A stretch of 64,000 nt of DNA from Dehalococcoidia bacterium. Its GTDB lineage: Bacteria; Chloroflexota; Dehalococcoidia; DSTF01; JACRBR01. The stretch covers positions 1,430-65,429 of the forward strand of contig JAJTXQ010000021.1 in the NCBI GenBank assembly GCA_021462855.1. The letters run 5' to 3'. A program made the translations under genes and the position numbers. Position 1 is the first letter of the stretch, and every line of letters begins with the position of its first letter. Below the pieces are notes generated by a model. The model saw only the letters and a program-made list of their open reading frames with translations, ran no database searches and was not told the origin of the DNA. This document shows positions 1 through 10,926 of the stretch, in pieces.

Positions 1-1
1 C

Positions 2-1663
2 GGGAAACTCCAGGCCTCGGTGCTGCCATTCGCGAAGGGCTCGGGGCCCGAGCCGCCGGGCATCATCGCAACGTGGGACATCGAATGCGTCAACTGCGAG
101 TTCACCCTTGACCTCTCCGTGCTCGCGCCGAAGAAGGAGCCGAAGAAGGAATCATTCATCGAGAAGACGTGGGAGGTCGTGAAGAAGCCTGTCACGCTCA
201 CGGTCGACGCCGTGCAGTGGTTCGGTGGCCTCATCGGGATCGGTGGCGGCACCGACGACGACAAGGTCATCGAAGCGGTCAAGGACACGGGCGCGGCGAC
301 ACTGCCGGGCGAGTATGCGGTGTCGACGGCGCCGGTCATAGCAATGCCATCGACCTACTACTTCCGCCTGCTGCCCTTGAGCGCGACCGGGGGCGATGCG
401 AAGGGGCCGCCGTCGAACGCGGTGACGCTCGAACGCGTCGGCAAGCCGGAACCGTTCAAGATCGAGTCCACGCCAACCGCGGTACCGGTGGAGTCGCCCT
501 ACGAGGTGCAAATCATCTCGTACCACGGCATCGTCCCGCCGCTCAAGCCCAACGACTCGTGCTACATCGCCACCGAGGACGCATGGCCGGCGGACATATA
601 CGGATTCACCTACACGACGGACCCGTCGAAGGCCGTCGGTTCCGCAGGGTTGGCGGTGAAGAAGGGCCACCTGTTCTGCCCGCCGAAACCGAAGGAGCCA
701 TCGCTGTTCGAGACGCTCCTGTCGTGGGCCGAAGCAGCAGTTAACTGGGCCAGCGAGGCGTGGGACGACCTCAAGGACTTCGCCGTCGAGGTGATGCTGA
801 AATACACGCCGTTCGGGCTGCAATGCGGGCTCGTCGAGGACGCGGGCGCGATCCCGGACGGCGCGTGTGAAACGGCGTTCGCCATCGCACTCGATGGCGC
901 GCTCGTCGCGCTCGGCATTCCGCCCGATATACCGAACTTCGACGAGCTGATGGACCAGGGCATCGAGTACCTGGCGGCGGAGCTCGCCGCGCAGATCGCC
1001 ATCCCGCCGGACGTCGTGAAGGCGGCCGTCGAGCAGGGCGGCCCGTACGCGGGCATGGCGCTCAGCCTCGCCGAGGAGAAGCTGCGCGAGGAACTGCAAA
1101 AGGAGATGGAGGCGAAGCTCGGCGACGCGGCGAAGTCCATCGGCCTCGGCTACGCCGCGGCGGTCGCGTTCGTGCCCGACGGCATCCCCGTGCGCCCGGA
1201 CGACTACCAGCAGCCGGCGATGACCGCGCGCGTCACGCGCAAGCCCGGCGCGCCGGGCGGCGAGGCCGGCTGCACGCTGTTCGTGAACGAACACGTGACG
1301 CTCACGAGCGAGCAGGTCAACAACCCGGCCCCCGGGTGGGGCAGCATCAAGAACCTGCCACACCCGCTCAGCCAGTTGACCCAGTACAACTTCTTCGCCG
1401 ACGAGAAGCCCTTCAACACGAAGGCGCTCCATGTGCCGCCGCTCAACCCCGGCGAGTCGTACGATATCCCGATGACGTTCCGGCCGAACTACTACAAGAA
1501 CGGCTGGTCACCGCTCGGGCTCGTATCCACGAGCGACTTCATCTACGTGTGGCAATACCTGCACGAGTTCGGGAAGCTCACGCTCAACGCCTCGGGCTGC
1601 GGTTCGGACAAGCTTGAAGTGCCGGCAAAAGCGGCCGTCATCGGCGCGCAGGTCGTGCCGTAG
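2..1663 (+). CDS. Hypothetical protein, 5'-partial. The reading frame is open to the window edge; no conserved domain recognised.
   Basis: Long ORF in frame 2 with no upstream stop before position 1. Third codon positions are GC-rich as in other genes. Cys- and Pro-rich. No recognisable family motifs. Confidence 0.5.
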   Translation, partial: GKLQASVLPFAKGSGPEPPGIIATWDIECVNCEFTLDLSVLAPKKEPKKESFIEKTWEVVKKPVTLTVDAVQWFGGLIGIGGGTDDDKVIEAVKDTGAATLPGEYAVSTAPVIAMPSTYYFRLLPLSATGGDAKGPPSNAVTLERVGKPEPFKIESTPTAVPVESPYEVQIISYHGIVPPLKPNDSCYIATEDAWPADIYGFTYTTDPSKAVGSAGLAVKKGHLFCPPKPKEPSLFETLLSWAEAAVNWASEAWDDLKDFAVEVMLKYTPFGLQCGLVEDAGAIPDGACETAFAIALDGALVALGIPPDIPNFDELMDQGIEYLAAELAAQIAIPPDVVKAAVEQGGPYAGMALSLAEEKLREELQKEMEAKLGDAAKSIGLGYAAAVAFVPDGIPVRPDDYQQPAMTARVTRKPGAPGGEAGCTLFVNEHVTLTSEQVNNPAPGWGSIKNLPHPLSQLTQYNFFADEKPFNTKALHVPPLNPGESYDIPMTFRPNYYKNGWSPLGLVSTSDFIYVWQYLHEFGKLTLNASGCGSDKLEVPAKAAVIGAQVVP

Positions 1664-1671
1664 GAGCCGCG

Positions 1672-2223
1672 ATGATGACATGGGCGGCGGCGCACCGCAC
1701 CGCGGGCGAGACACGGCGCCAGAAAGCGGCGGGCCGCATGCGGCCCTGGCTCATCGTCGCGCTCATTGCGGCCGCGGGCGTCGCGGTCATGGCGGCGACG
1801 GAAGGCGTTCCGGAAGCCACGCCCGATCGCGCGGCGGCCCGGTCGATCCTCGCGCACTCAAACGGCATCCGCGCGGACGCTGGTCTCACGCCGCTTGCCT
1901 ATGACGCAGCGCTCGCGCGCGCGGCGGAGCGCCATGCGCGCGAGATCGCGGCGACGGATCGGCTCGACCACATCGGCGCCGGGGGCACGACGCCCGACGC
2001 GCGCGCCGAAGCGCAGGGCTACGCCGGCTGGCGCGTGGTCGCCGAGAACCTGTCATCGTCCGCTGGCCCGCCCGACGCGACGGCGATCGTCGCGGCGTGG
2101 ATGGCGAGCGAGACACATCGCGCCAACATCCTCGCTCCAGACCTCCGCGACGCCGGCGCTGCGTGCTACGTCGCCGGCGATCCGGCGCGCGCCTGGTGCG
2201 CGCTCGAGCTCGGCGCGCGCTGA
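1672..2223 (+). CDS. CAP domain protein (SCP/PR-1-like), probably membrane-anchored or secreted
   Basis: AGGAG sits 5 nt upstream of an ATGATG start. Basic N-terminus followed by a hydrophobic segment (MRPWLIVALIAAAGVAVMAA). C-terminal CAP-like motifs (HxxxxNxxR; AWMASETHRANIL; GCY..G). Confidence 0.6.
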   Translation: MMTWAAAHRTAGETRRQKAAGRMRPWLIVALIAAAGVAVMAATEGVPEATPDRAAARSILAHSNGIRADAGLTPLAYDAALARAAERHAREIAATDRLDHIGAGGTTPDARAEAQGYAGWRVVAENLSSSAGPPDATAIVAAWMASETHRANILAPDLRDAGAACYVAGDPARAWCALELGAR

Positions 2224-2226
2224 GCG

Positions 2227-3585
2227 TTACTTCGCGACGACGCCCGCCCGCATCGCGGCCGCTGACACGCCCGCCGTCGAGCCGATGATCCGCACGGCCG
2301 CGCGCGTCACCGGCGCCAGGCTTGGGCGATCGATCTTGTCGAGCGTGTCCATCGCGTCGAAGAGGTAGAACGGCGCCGTCAGGAAGTTCACCAGCGGCAC
2401 GCCGTGCAGGTGGAACTCGCCGCCATCGGTCGTCGGCCGCGGACCGAAAGCGTCCGGCGGCATGATCATCGAGCGGCGCAGGTCCTCCGCCTCGATGGCG
2501 CCGCGGACGTGCGATTCGAGCGCGGGGTTCCTGCTCGTGAACCACCAGCGCGTCTCCGGCTCGCCGGTCGGCGCGAGGACGCCGCCGCCATCGCCGAACT
2601 CCCGCGCGGTGTGTTCGAGATGCACTTCGAGCACCACCCGCGCCAGTTCCGCCTGGTGCCCGGCGCAGTACGCGCGCGCACCGGCGCCGCCCGCCATGTG
2701 ACCGGCGTTCAGCAGGAACACGAGCCGGTGCGGGCGCTCTTCGCGCGGCACGCGCGACCAGTACGACGCCTGCGCCAGCACGAGCGCGATGCCCGACGCG
2801 TCTTCCACGGCCGACGCCCACGGGCCGTCGTGATGCGACCCGATGATCACCGTCTCGTCATCGGCGCCGGGCAGCTCGGCGATGATGTTGTACGACGTGA
2901 TCGGCTCGCGGCGCGATGTCACGGAGAGGCGCGCCCGCGCGTCGCCGGCGCGCATCATCCCGGCGATGCGCGCGCCGTCGCTGCCGCGCACCCACGCTGC
3001 CGGCAGCGGCCGGTACTCGCCGTCGTACGGCACGTAGTAGTCGCGCGAGTCGCCCGGATACCCGCTCAGCACGCCGATGAACGCCGCCGCGCCCGCGTCG
3101 ACGGCCGGCCGCGTCACATCCTGGAACAGGTTGCTAAACGGCAGGATATGCGTCGTCCGGTCGAACGTCGCATCGGGATCGTAGACCGAGGTGGCGAGCG
3201 CGCGCATCAGCAGCTGCGGCGTGCGCATCAGCGGCGTGTCACACAGCGCGATGGCGCCGCGCACACGCTCGGGCGCGCTCGCGTCGTACACGGCAAGCGG
3301 CGCCTCGATGCCATCGGCATCGGCCGTGTGCGGCAGCGGGAAGCAGTCGAGGTCGAGCGCGGCGCCGCCGGCTTCGACGGTCAGCGCGCCGCGCTGGGGC
3401 TCCCAGTACGGCAGCTCGACCGGCTCCGTGCGCACCCGCTCCAGCCCGAACGCGCGGAACTGCCGGGCGATCCACGCCTCTGCCCAGCGGTCAGCGTCGT
3501 AGCCGGGCCTCCGCACGCCGTGCGAAAACACCTCTTCGATCCACGAGTAGATCTGCGGTTCCGCCGGGATCAGTTCGGTGTGCAT
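2227..3585 (-). CDS. M28 family peptidase (PA domain plus aminopeptidase fold)
   Basis: The real start is the internal ATG (MHTELIPAEP...). The longer upstream ORF is an Arg-rich artefact. Contains HHDGPW and metal-ligand-like motifs of M28 peptidases. Confidence 0.65.
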   Translation of the reverse strand: MHTELIPAEPQIYSWIEEVFSHGVRRPGYDADRWAEAWIARQFRAFGLERVRTEPVELPYWEPQRGALTVEAGGAALDLDCFPLPHTADADGIEAPLAVYDASAPERVRGAIALCDTPLMRTPQLLMRALATSVYDPDATFDRTTHILPFSNLFQDVTRPAVDAGAAAFIGVLSGYPGDSRDYYVPYDGEYRPLPAAWVRGSDGARIAGMMRAGDARARLSVTSRREPITSYNIIAELPGADDETVIIGSHHDGPWASAVEDASGIALVLAQASYWSRVPREERPHRLVFLLNAGHMAGGAGARAYCAGHQAELARVVLEVHLEHTAREFGDGGGVLAPTGEPETRWWFTSRNPALESHVRGAIEAEDLRRSMIMPPDAFGPRPTTDGGEFHLHGVPLVNFLTAPFYLFDAMDTLDKIDRPSLAPVTRAAVRIIGSTAGVSAAAMRAGVVAK

Positions 3586-3743
3586 GCGCGGCTTCTCTTT
3601 CTGCGCCTGGCCCTGCGGCCGTACTTCATCTCGTTTCGCCGGTGCGCGCCAGCGCGGGCTCGGCGCCGCATGACGAAGACCCGTTGCCGCGGCAAGGGAG
3701 CCAGGCTGTTGCACCGGCACCGGCCCGTGCGCCCGGCGCCGCC

Positions 3744-5192
3744 CTAGACCAGCGGGCGGGCGGTGGGTGCGATCGGGACGGGGAGCTGCGTCTCGCCGGC
3801 GAGGTAGCGGTCGACGCCGGCGGCGCAGGCGCGGCCTTCGGCGATCGCCCAGACGATCAGGCTCTGGCCACGGCCCATGTCGCCGCACGTGAACACGCCC
3901 GGCACGCTCGTCATGAACGCATCGTCGCGCGCGACGTTGCCGCGCGGGTCGAGCGCCACGCCGAGCTCCTCGATCATCCCCGCGCGCTCCGGCCCGACGA
4001 AGCCCATCGCCAGGAACACGAGCTCGCACGGCAACTCGAACTCGGTGCCCTCGACCTTCTCGAAGCGCCCGGCCTTCATCTCGACGCGGTGCGCGACGAG
4101 CGCGCGCACGTTGCCGTGCTCGTCGCCCGCGAAGCGCTCCGTGTTCACGCTGAACAGGCGCTCGCCGCCCTCCTCGTGCGCGGACGACACGCGGAAGATG
4201 TTCGGCCAAGTCGGCCACGGATTCGCATCGGCGCGCGCATCCGGCGGGCGCGGCAGGATCTCGAACTGGTGCACCGACCGGGCGCCTTGCCGGTGCGCCG
4301 TGCCGAGGCAGTCCGCGCCTGTATCGCCGCCGCCGATGATCACCACGCGCTTGCCAGCGGCCGTGATCGTCGGCTCGGCGAGGTCGCCCTGCTGCACGCG
4401 GTTACCGATCGGCAGGTACTCCATCGCCTGATGGATGCCGCCCAGCTCGCGACCGGGGATCGGCAGGTCGCGCGCCATCGTCGCGCCGCCTGCGAGCACC
4501 GTCGCATCGAACTCACGCAGCTCCGCGACGGGCACGTTCACGCCTACGTGCGCGTTGACGCGGAACTCGGTGCCTTCCGCGCGCATCTGATCCAGGCGCC
4601 GGTCCAGGAACCGCTTCTCCATCTTGAATTCCGGGATGCCGTAGCGGAGCAGCCCGCCAACGCGGTCATCGCGCTCGAAGACGACGACGTCGTGGCCGGC
4701 GCGCGTGAGTTGCTGCGCCGCCGCGAGACCTGCCGGGCCGGAGCCGACGACGGCCACGCGCTTGCCCGTCTTCACCGTCGGCGGGATCGGCGCGACCCAG
4801 CCCTCGGCCCACGCGCGCTCGATGATCTCGTACTCGACCTGCTTGATCGTCACGGGGTCGGCGTTGATCCCGAGCACGCATGCGCTCTCGCAGGGCGCGG
4901 GACAGAGCCTTCCCGTGAAGTCGGGGAAGTTGTTGGTCGCGTGCAGCCGCTCGATCGCCTCGCGCCAGTGGTTGCGGTACACCAGGTCGTTCCAGTCGGG
5001 GATGATGTTGCCGAGCGGGCAGCCGTTGTTGCAGAACGGAATGCCGCAGTCCATGCAGCGGCCCGCTTGCTCCGTCAGCGTCTGCCGGTCGAACGGCTCG
5101 TAGACCTCGTGCCAGTCGTTGAGCCGCACATCGACCGGCCGGCGGTTTGGCGTGATGCGCTTCCACCTGAGAAAGCCCGTCGCCTCACCCAT
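3744..5192 (-). CDS. gltD: Glutamate synthase (NADPH) small subunit
   Basis: Fe-S cysteine cluster ([14 protein letters not shown]). FAD/NAD Rossmann motifs ([24 protein letters not shown]). Overlaps gltB by 8 nt. Confidence 0.9.
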   Translation of the reverse strand: MGEATGFLRWKRITPNRRPVDVRLNDWHEVYEPFDRQTLTEQAGRCMDCGIPFCNNGCPLGNIIPDWNDLVYRNHWREAIERLHATNNFPDFTGRLCPAPCESACVLGINADPVTIKQVEYEIIERAWAEGWVAPIPPTVKTGKRVAVVGSGPAGLAAAQQLTRAGHDVVVFERDDRVGGLLRYGIPEFKMEKRFLDRRLDQMRAEGTEFRVNAHVGVNVPVAELREFDATVLAGGATMARDLPIPGRELGGIHQAMEYLPIGNRVQQGDLAEPTITAAGKRVVIIGGGDTGADCLGTAHRQGARSVHQFEILPRPPDARADANPWPTWPNIFRVSSAHEEGGERLFSVNTERFAGDEHGNVRALVAHRVEMKAGRFEKVEGTEFELPCELVFLAMGFVGPERAGMIEELGVALDPRGNVARDDAFMTSVPGVFTCGDMGRGQSLIVWAIAEGRACAAGVDRYLAGETQLPVPIAPTARPLV

Positions 5193-8100
5193 GAGCCGAC
5201 GCCATCACGCGCTTCAGCGTCTCGTCCTCCGGCAGGCCGGCCTTCGCCGCTTCCGCCATGACGTTGAGCACGCGCTTGTAGTCCTCGGGCATGACTTTGC
5301 GGAAGGACTGCACCTCGCTCTCCCACTGCGAAAGGAGCAGGTCGGCGACATCCGAGCCGGTGAGCTCGCGGTGCCGCTCGACGGTCGCGCGAAGCCATTC
5401 GCGGTCCGTGTCGTTCAGGGGCTCGAGCTCGACCATCTGGTAGTTCACGAGTTGCGGGAACCGGTTGTCCGGGTCGTACACGTAGGCGACGCCGCCCGAC
5501 ATGCCGGCCGCGAAGTTCCGTCCCGTCGGGCCAAGCACGACGACGCGCCCTCCCGTCATGTACTCGCACCCATGGTCGCCGACTCCCTCGGCGACGGCGA
5601 CGGCGCCGGAATTGCGGACGGCGAAGCGCTCGCCGACCGTGCCGCGCAGGTATGCCTCGCCGCCCGTCGCGCCGTACAGCGCAACGTTGCCGGCGATGAT
5701 GTTCTCCTCCGCCGGGAAGAGCGCATCGCGGTCCGGGTGGATCACGACGATGCCGCCCGACAGCCCCTTCGCCGTGTAGTCGTTCGCGTCGCCTTCGAGC
5801 CGCAGCGTGATGCCCCTGGGCAGGAACGCGCCGAAGCTCTGGCCGGCGGAGCCCCGCAGGTGGACCTTGATCGTGTTGTCCGGCAGGCCCGCGCCGCCCC
5901 ACCGCTTCGTCAACTCCGAGCCGAGCATCGTCCCGACGGTGCGGTTCGTGTTGCGCACGCACGTCTCGATCTCGACCGCGGTGCCGTCGCGAAGCGCCGG
6001 CGCCGCCTTCTCGATCAGGTGCACGTCGAGCGCGCGGTCAAGGCCGTGGTCCTGGCCGCGCGTGCAGTAGCGGGCCTGCCCCTCGTAGGGGTTCTGCGCC
6101 TCGGCGAGGATCGGCGTGAGGTCGAGGCCGTCCGCCTTCCAGTGGTCGATCGCCGCGCGCGTGTCGAGCACCTCGGTGTGGCCGATCGCCTCGGCGATCG
6201 AGCGGAAGCCGAGCGCCGCGAGGTACTCGCGCACCTCCTGCGCGACGAACTCGAAGAAGTTGACGACGTACTCAGGCTTGCCCGAGAAGCGCTTGCGCAG
6301 CTCCGGGTTCTGCGTTGCGACGCCGACCGGGCACGTATCGAGGTGGCACACGCGCATCATCACGCAGCCGCTGACGACGAGCGGCGCCGTCCCGAAGCCG
6401 AACTCCTCGGCCCCGAGCAGCGCGCCGATGATCACGTCGCGCCCGGTCTTGAGCTGGCCGTCGACCTGCACGACGATGCGGTCGCGCAGCCCATTGCGGA
6501 GCAGCGTCTGCTGCGTCTCCGCGAGCCCGAGCTCCCACGGCGCGCCGGCGTGCTTGATCGAGGTCAGCGGCGACGCCCCGGTGCCACCATCGTGACCGGA
6601 GATCAGCACGACGTCGCTGTGCGCTTTCGCCACGCCGGCCGCGACCGTCCCCACGCCCACCTGCGCGACGAGCTTGACATGCACCCGCGCCGCCGGGTTC
6701 GAGTTCTTCAGATCGTGGATCAGCTGCTTGATGTCCTCGATCGAATAGATGTCGTGATGCGGCGGCGGGCTGATCAGGCCGACGCCCGGCGTGCTGTAGC
6801 GTGTCCTGGCGATCCACGGGTAGACCTTGTGACCCGGCAGCTGCCCGCCCTCGCCCGGCTTCGCGCCCTGCGCCATCTTGATCTGCAGGTCGTCGGCGTT
6901 CACCAGGTACTCCGAAGTCACGCCGAAGCGGCCGGACGCCACCTGCTTCACCGCCGAGCGGCGCAGGTCGCCGTTGGGGTCGCGCTGGTAGCGGTCGGCG
7001 TCCTCGCCGCCCTCCCCGGTGTTCGACTTCGCGCCCAGACGGTTCATGGCGATGGCCAGCGTCTCGTGCACTTCCTTCGAGATGGAGCCGTAGGACATCG
7101 CGCCGGTGGCGAACCGCTTGACGATTGACGTCACCGGCTCGACCTCATCGATCGGCACCGGCGGGCGCGCGCCGTCGCGGAAGGTGAACATGCCGCGCAG
7201 GGTTGCCAGCTGCTTCGACTGGTCATCGACCAGCTGCGTGTACTCCTTGTAGATGTCGTACCGGCCGGCGCGCGTCGCGTGTTGCAGCTTGTACACCGTG
7301 TCGGGGTTGAACAGGTGGTACTCGCCCTCCCGGCGCCACTGGTACTCGCCGCCGAGCTCGAGGTCGCGGTGCGCGAGCTCCGCCGGGCGCGGCGCGTATG
7401 CCCGGCGGTGCCGGCGCGCGACTTCCTCGGCGATCTGGCCAAGCCCGACGCCGCCAATGCGCGACACCGTGCCCGTGAAGTACTCGTCGACGAGCTCCTG
7501 GTGCAGGCCGATCGCCTCGAACACCTGCGCCGCGCGGTACGACGCGACGGTCGAGATGCCCATCTTGGACATCACCTTCAGCACACCCTTGCCGGCCGCC
7601 TTCACGTAGTTCTTGATCGCGACATGCGGGTCCATGTCGCCGAGGCCATACAGCCGCTGCGTGACGAGGTCCTCGATCGATTCGAAGGCCAGGTACGGGT
7701 TGATCGCGCCGGCGCCGTAGCCGACGAGCAGCGCCATGTGGTGCACCTCGCGCGCATCGCCCGTCTCCAGCAGCAGCCCGACGTGCGTGCGCCGGCCTTC
7801 GCGGATCAGGTGATGATGCACCGCCGATACCAGCAGCAACGACGGGATCGGCGCCAGCTCCGGCCCCGACATCCGGTCCGACAGCACGATGATGCGCGCG
7901 CCCTCGTCGATTGCCTGCACCGCCTCGGCGCGCACGCGGTCGAGCGCCTCGCGCAGCGCCTCGCCGCCGCCCGCCACGCGGTAAAAGCCGGAGATCACGC
8001 GCGCGGCGAACTCCGGGTGCTCTCCGTCGTCGTTGATGTGGATGAGCTTCGCCAGCTCGTCGTTGTCGAGGATCGGGAACGGCAGCGCGACCTGGTGACA

Positions 8101-9873
8101 CGCCTCGGCTCGCGTGTCGAGCAGGTTATCCTCGGCGCCGATCGTGGCGGCGAGCGATGTCACGAGCTCCTCGCGGATCGCGTCGAGCGGCGGGGTCGTC
8201 ACCTGCGCGAACAATTCCTGGAAGTAGTCGAACAACAGCCGCGAGCGGTCGGAGAGCACGGCGATCGGTGTGTCCGTGCCCATCGACCCGATCGCCTCCG
8301 CGCCCTGCTTCGCCATCGGCGCGACGAGCAGCCGCAGCTCTTCGTGCGTGTAGCCGAACGTCATCTGGCGCCGCACGACCGACTGGTGCGACGGCACGCG
8401 GTGCTCGCGGTCGGGCAGGTCGGTGAGGTGCACCACCTGCTCCTCGCACCACCGCTCGTACGGGTGCTCAGCGGCCAGTTGCGCCTTGATCTCCTCGTCC
8501 TCGACGATCCGCCCCTGCGAGGTGTCGACGAGGAACATGCGGCCCGGCTGCAGGCGCCCCTTCTTCACCACGCGCGCCGGGTCGATGTCGACGACGCCCG
8601 ACTCGCTGGCCATGATCACGCGGTTGTCGTCGGTCACCCAGTAGCGGCTCGGGCGGAGGCCGTTGCGGTCGAGCACCGCGCCGATCACCGTCCCATCGGT
8701 GAAGGCGATCGATGCGGGGCCGTCCCACGGCTCCATGAGCGACGCGTGGTAGCGGTAGAACGCGCGCTTCGCCGGCGACATCGTCGCATGGTTCTCCCAC
8801 GCCTCCGGGATCATCATCAGCACGCCGTGCGCGAGCGAGCGGCCGGTCAGGTGCAGCAACTCCAGGCACTCGTCGAAGCTCATCGTGTCCGACGAGCCTT
8901 CCGTGATCACCGGGAACGTCTTCTCCAGGTCGGGGATCAGCGGCGTCGAGATCTGCGCCTGGCGCGCGCGCATCCAGTTGCGGTTGCCCTGCAGCGTATT
9001 GATCTCGCCGTTGTGCGCGATGTAGCGGTACGGGTGCGCGAGCGGCCACGACGGAAACGTGTTCGTAGAAAACCGGCTGTGCACCAGCGCGAGCGCCGAC
9101 TCGATCCGCGGGTCGTTGAGGTCGGGGAAGAACTGCGAGAGCTGCGGCGTCGTGAGCATGCCCTTGTACACGAGCGTGCGGCACGACAGCGAGGGGAAGT
9201 ACACCGGCAACTGCTCCGGCGCCTCGTGCTCGATGCGCTTGCGCAGCACGAACAGCCGCCGGTCGAGTTCGATGCCGGTGCGGCCGGCGGTGTCCGCCAC
9301 AAAGCAGTGCCAGAAGCCGGGCATCGCCGCGCGCGCGGTCGGCCCGATCATCGAGTCGTCGGCGGGCACGGCGCGCCAGCCGATGACGCGCAGCCCTTCC
9401 TCGCCGGCGATGCCCTCCACGATGCCGCGGGCGTCATCGGCGAGCGCGGCGTCGCGCGGCAGGAACGCCAGGCCGACGCCGTACGCGCCGGCTTCGGGAA
9501 GGGCGAACGCGGTGATCTCGCGCAGGAACGCGTCGGGCACCTGGATGAGGATGCCCGCGCCATCGCCCGTGTTCACCTCGGCGCCGGACGCGCCGCGATG
9601 GTCGAGGCTGCAGAGCGCGCCGAGCGCCGTGTCGACGATGTCGCGGCTCTTCGCGCCGGTGACGTCGACCACGAACCCGACGCCGCACGCATCGTGCTCG
9701 AAGCGGGGGTCGTAGAGCCCGCTGGCCCGCGGCACCGCGCTGAACGGCATGCCGTCGCCGCCGCGCGTCGCGGGTCGCTGGCTGGCGGGAAGGCCGCTGC
9801 CGTCGGCGTCCTGTGCGGGCCTGGTATGCGGTACGTACACGGTCATACCCACTGGGTGCTCGGAGGTGGCCAA
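5185..9873 (-). CDS. gltB: Glutamate synthase large subunit. The start is either a TTG at 9873 or an ATG at 9846.
   Basis: N-terminal amidotransferase motif ([10 protein letters not shown]) followed by FMN and GXGXG domains over about 1550 aa. Hallmark GltB sequence throughout. Confidence 0.9.
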   Translation of the reverse strand: MATSEHPVGMTVYVPHTRPAQDADGSGLPASQRPATRGGDGMPFSAVPRASGLYDPRFEHDACGVGFVVDVTGAKSRDIVDTALGALCSLDHRGASGAEVNTGDGAGILIQVPDAFLREITAFALPEAGAYGVGLAFLPRDAALADDARGIVEGIAGEEGLRVIGWRAVPADDSMIGPTARAAMPGFWHCFVADTAGRTGIELDRRLFVLRKRIEHEAPEQLPVYFPSLSCRTLVYKGMLTTPQLSQFFPDLNDPRIESALALVHSRFSTNTFPSWPLAHPYRYIAHNGEINTLQGNRNWMRARQAQISTPLIPDLEKTFPVITEGSSDTMSFDECLELLHLTGRSLAHGVLMMIPEAWENHATMSPAKRAFYRYHASLMEPWDGPASIAFTDGTVIGAVLDRNGLRPSRYWVTDDNRVIMASESGVVDIDPARVVKKGRLQPGRMFLVDTSQGRIVEDEEIKAQLAAEHPYERWCEEQVVHLTDLPDREHRVPSHQSVVRRQMTFGYTHEELRLLVAPMAKQGAEAIGSMGTDTPIAVLSDRSRLLFDYFQELFAQVTTPPLDAIREELVTSLAATIGAEDNLLDTRAEACHQVALPFPILDNDELAKLIHINDDGEHPEFAARVISGFYRVAGGGEALREALDRVRAEAVQAIDEGARIIVLSDRMSGPELAPIPSLLLVSAVHHHLIREGRRTHVGLLLETGDAREVHHMALLVGYGAGAINPYLAFESIEDLVTQRLYGLGDMDPHVAIKNYVKAAGKGVLKVMSKMGISTVASYRAAQVFEAIGLHQELVDEYFTGTVSRIGGVGLGQIAEEVARRHRRAYAPRPAELAHRDLELGGEYQWRREGEYHLFNPDTVYKLQHATRAGRYDIYKEYTQLVDDQSKQLATLRGMFTFRDGARPPVPIDEVEPVTSIVKRFATGAMSYGSISKEVHETLAIAMNRLGAKSNTGEGGEDADRYQRDPNGDLRRSAVKQVASGRFGVTSEYLVNADDLQIKMAQGAKPGEGGQLPGHKVYPWIARTRYSTPGVGLISPPPHHDIYSIEDIKQLIHDLKNSNPAARVHVKLVAQVGVGTVAAGVAKAHSDVVLISGHDGGTGASPLTSIKHAGAPWELGLAETQQTLLRNGLRDRIVVQVDGQLKTGRDVIIGALLGAEEFGFGTAPLVVSGCVMMRVCHLDTCPVGVATQNPELRKRFSGKPEYVVNFFEFVAQEVREYLAALGFRSIAEAIGHTEVLDTRAAIDHWKADGLDLTPILAEAQNPYEGQARYCTRGQDHGLDRALDVHLIEKAAPALRDGTAVEIETCVRNTNRTVGTMLGSELTKRWGGAGLPDNTIKVHLRGSAGQSFGAFLPRGITLRLEGDANDYTAKGLSGGIVVIHPDRDALFPAEENIIAGNVALYGATGGEAYLRGTVGERFAVRNSGAVAVAEGVGDHGCEYMTGGRVVVLGPTGRNFAAGMSGGVAYVYDPDNRFPQLVNYQMVELEPLNDTDREWLRATVERHRELTGSDVADLLLSQWESEVQSFRKVMPEDYKRVLNVMAEAAKAGLPEDETLKRVMASAHG

Positions 9874-9895
9874 TTGTAACGCAATTCACAATTGG
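9870..9895. promoter_or_regulatory. Inverted repeat CCAATTGT-N10-ACAATTGG in the gltB 5' region. Candidate operator.
   Basis: Perfect 8-bp arms read directly from the sequence. Lies at the gltB start/5'UTR in the divergent gltB/ABC intergenic region. The TGTAA...TCACA core resembles nitrogen-regulator (TnrA/GlnR-type) half-sites but the spacing is not canonical. Confidence 0.35.
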
Positions 9896-9982
9896 TGTCA
9901 CGCGTCCGGGCGGTCGCTGGATCTCCGGGAAATGCAACGAGCGCCACGGGCGCCCGTTCGGCCGCCGCCGGCATTCGCCGAC

Positions 9983-9996
9983 GGAAGCATGCTTCC
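9983..9996. promoter_or_regulatory. Perfect 14-bp palindrome GGAAGCATGCTTCC in the gltB/ABC divergent intergenic region
   Basis: Self-complementary 14-mer seen directly, about 110 nt upstream of gltB and about 190 nt upstream of the ABC ATPase start. Confidence 0.3.
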
Positions 9997-10182
9997 TTCC
10001 GGGAGTTACGGATCCTACACCAGCGGCGCACGCTGTGACAAGATCCTGCGCCGCCGCCATAGCGACCGCGTATGCGCGACGCCAGTGGCCTCGTACCAAA
10101 GTCTGACCGCCTATGTGTCGATCGGACGGTGCGCGGCTGGTTGCCGCGCGTACATGCTGGGGGCGCAACCGCAGCGGGCAGG

Positions 10183-10926
10183 AGGTGTCGCGTGGTCGCC
10201 GATCTCATCATCGAAACCCGGAACCTGCACAAGTCGTTCGACACGGGCGGCGCCGTCGCGCGCGTGCTGCGCGGCGTCGATCTCGGCGTCGAGCGCGGCG
10301 CGTTCGTCGCGATCATGGGCCCGAGCGGCTGCGGCAAGTCGACGCTGCTGCACCTGCTCGGTGGCCTCGACCGCCCGACGAGCGGCGAGATCCTGCTCAG
10401 CGGCCGGCGGGTCGATGGTCTTGGCGAGGGCGCGTGGGCCGTGATCCGGCGGCGCGAGGTCGGGTACATGTTCCAGTCGTTCAACCTCATCGCCAACATG
10501 ACAGCCGCCGAGAACATCGAGTTGCCCGCGCTCGTCGCCGGCGTGAGCGCGAAGGAGGCGCGACGCCGCCGCGACGAGTTGCTCGCGCAGCTCGGGATCA
10601 CGAGCACCGCGTCGCTCACGCCGGGCGAGGTCTCCGGCGGGCAGCAGCAACGCATCGCGCTGGCCCGCGCGCTCGTGAACGAGCCGGCGATCCTTCTGGC
10701 CGACGAGCCGACAGGAAACCTGGACTCCGCCAGCACGCGCGAGGTGCTGGCGATGCTTCGCGAGCGCCACGGGCGCGGCCAGACGCTCGTGCTCGTGACG
10801 CATGACCCGAACGTCGCCGCCGCCGCCGACCGTGTCGTGCACATGATCGACGGCCGGATCGAGTCTGCCGTACGCGACGGCCCCGCCCCGGCAGATGCGG
10901 CCGCCACGCCGGGGCCCGCGCCATGA
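10183..10926 (+). CDS. ABC transporter ATP-binding protein (MacB/LolD/FtsE-like)
   Basis: GTG start with AGGAGG 5 nt upstream. Walker A (GPSGCGKST), ABC signature (LSGGQQQRIALARA), Walker B (LLADEPTGNLD). Confidence 0.8.
   Translation, partial: RCRVVADLIIETRNLHKSFDTGGAVARVLRGVDLGVERGAFVAIMGPSGCGKSTLLHLLGGLDRPTSGEILLSGRRVDGLGEGAWAVIRRREVGYMFQSFNLIANMTAAENIELPALVAGVSAKEARRRRDELLAQLGITSTASLTPGEVSGGQQQRIALARALVNEPAILLADEPTGNLDSASTREVLAMLRERHGRGQTLVLVTHDPNVAAAADRVVHMIDGRIESAVRDGPAPADAAATPGPAP

Noticed and set aside
152-1432. A long minus-strand ORF (426 aa) overlapping the first gene, plus many similar long ORFs antisense to confirmed genes (e.g. 3642..5261+, 5119..7128+, 7279..9879+, 9843..11837-, 16724..18910-, 29504..32062+, 33887..35230+, 45099..46931+, 48609..49901+, 50802..52337+, 61299..63293-)
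   Set aside because: These are high-GC antisense artefacts. The translations are Arg/Ala/Gly/Pro-rich low-complexity strings with no family motifs. They lie opposite genes with unambiguous homology such as gltB, the ATP synthase genes and the ABC transporters.
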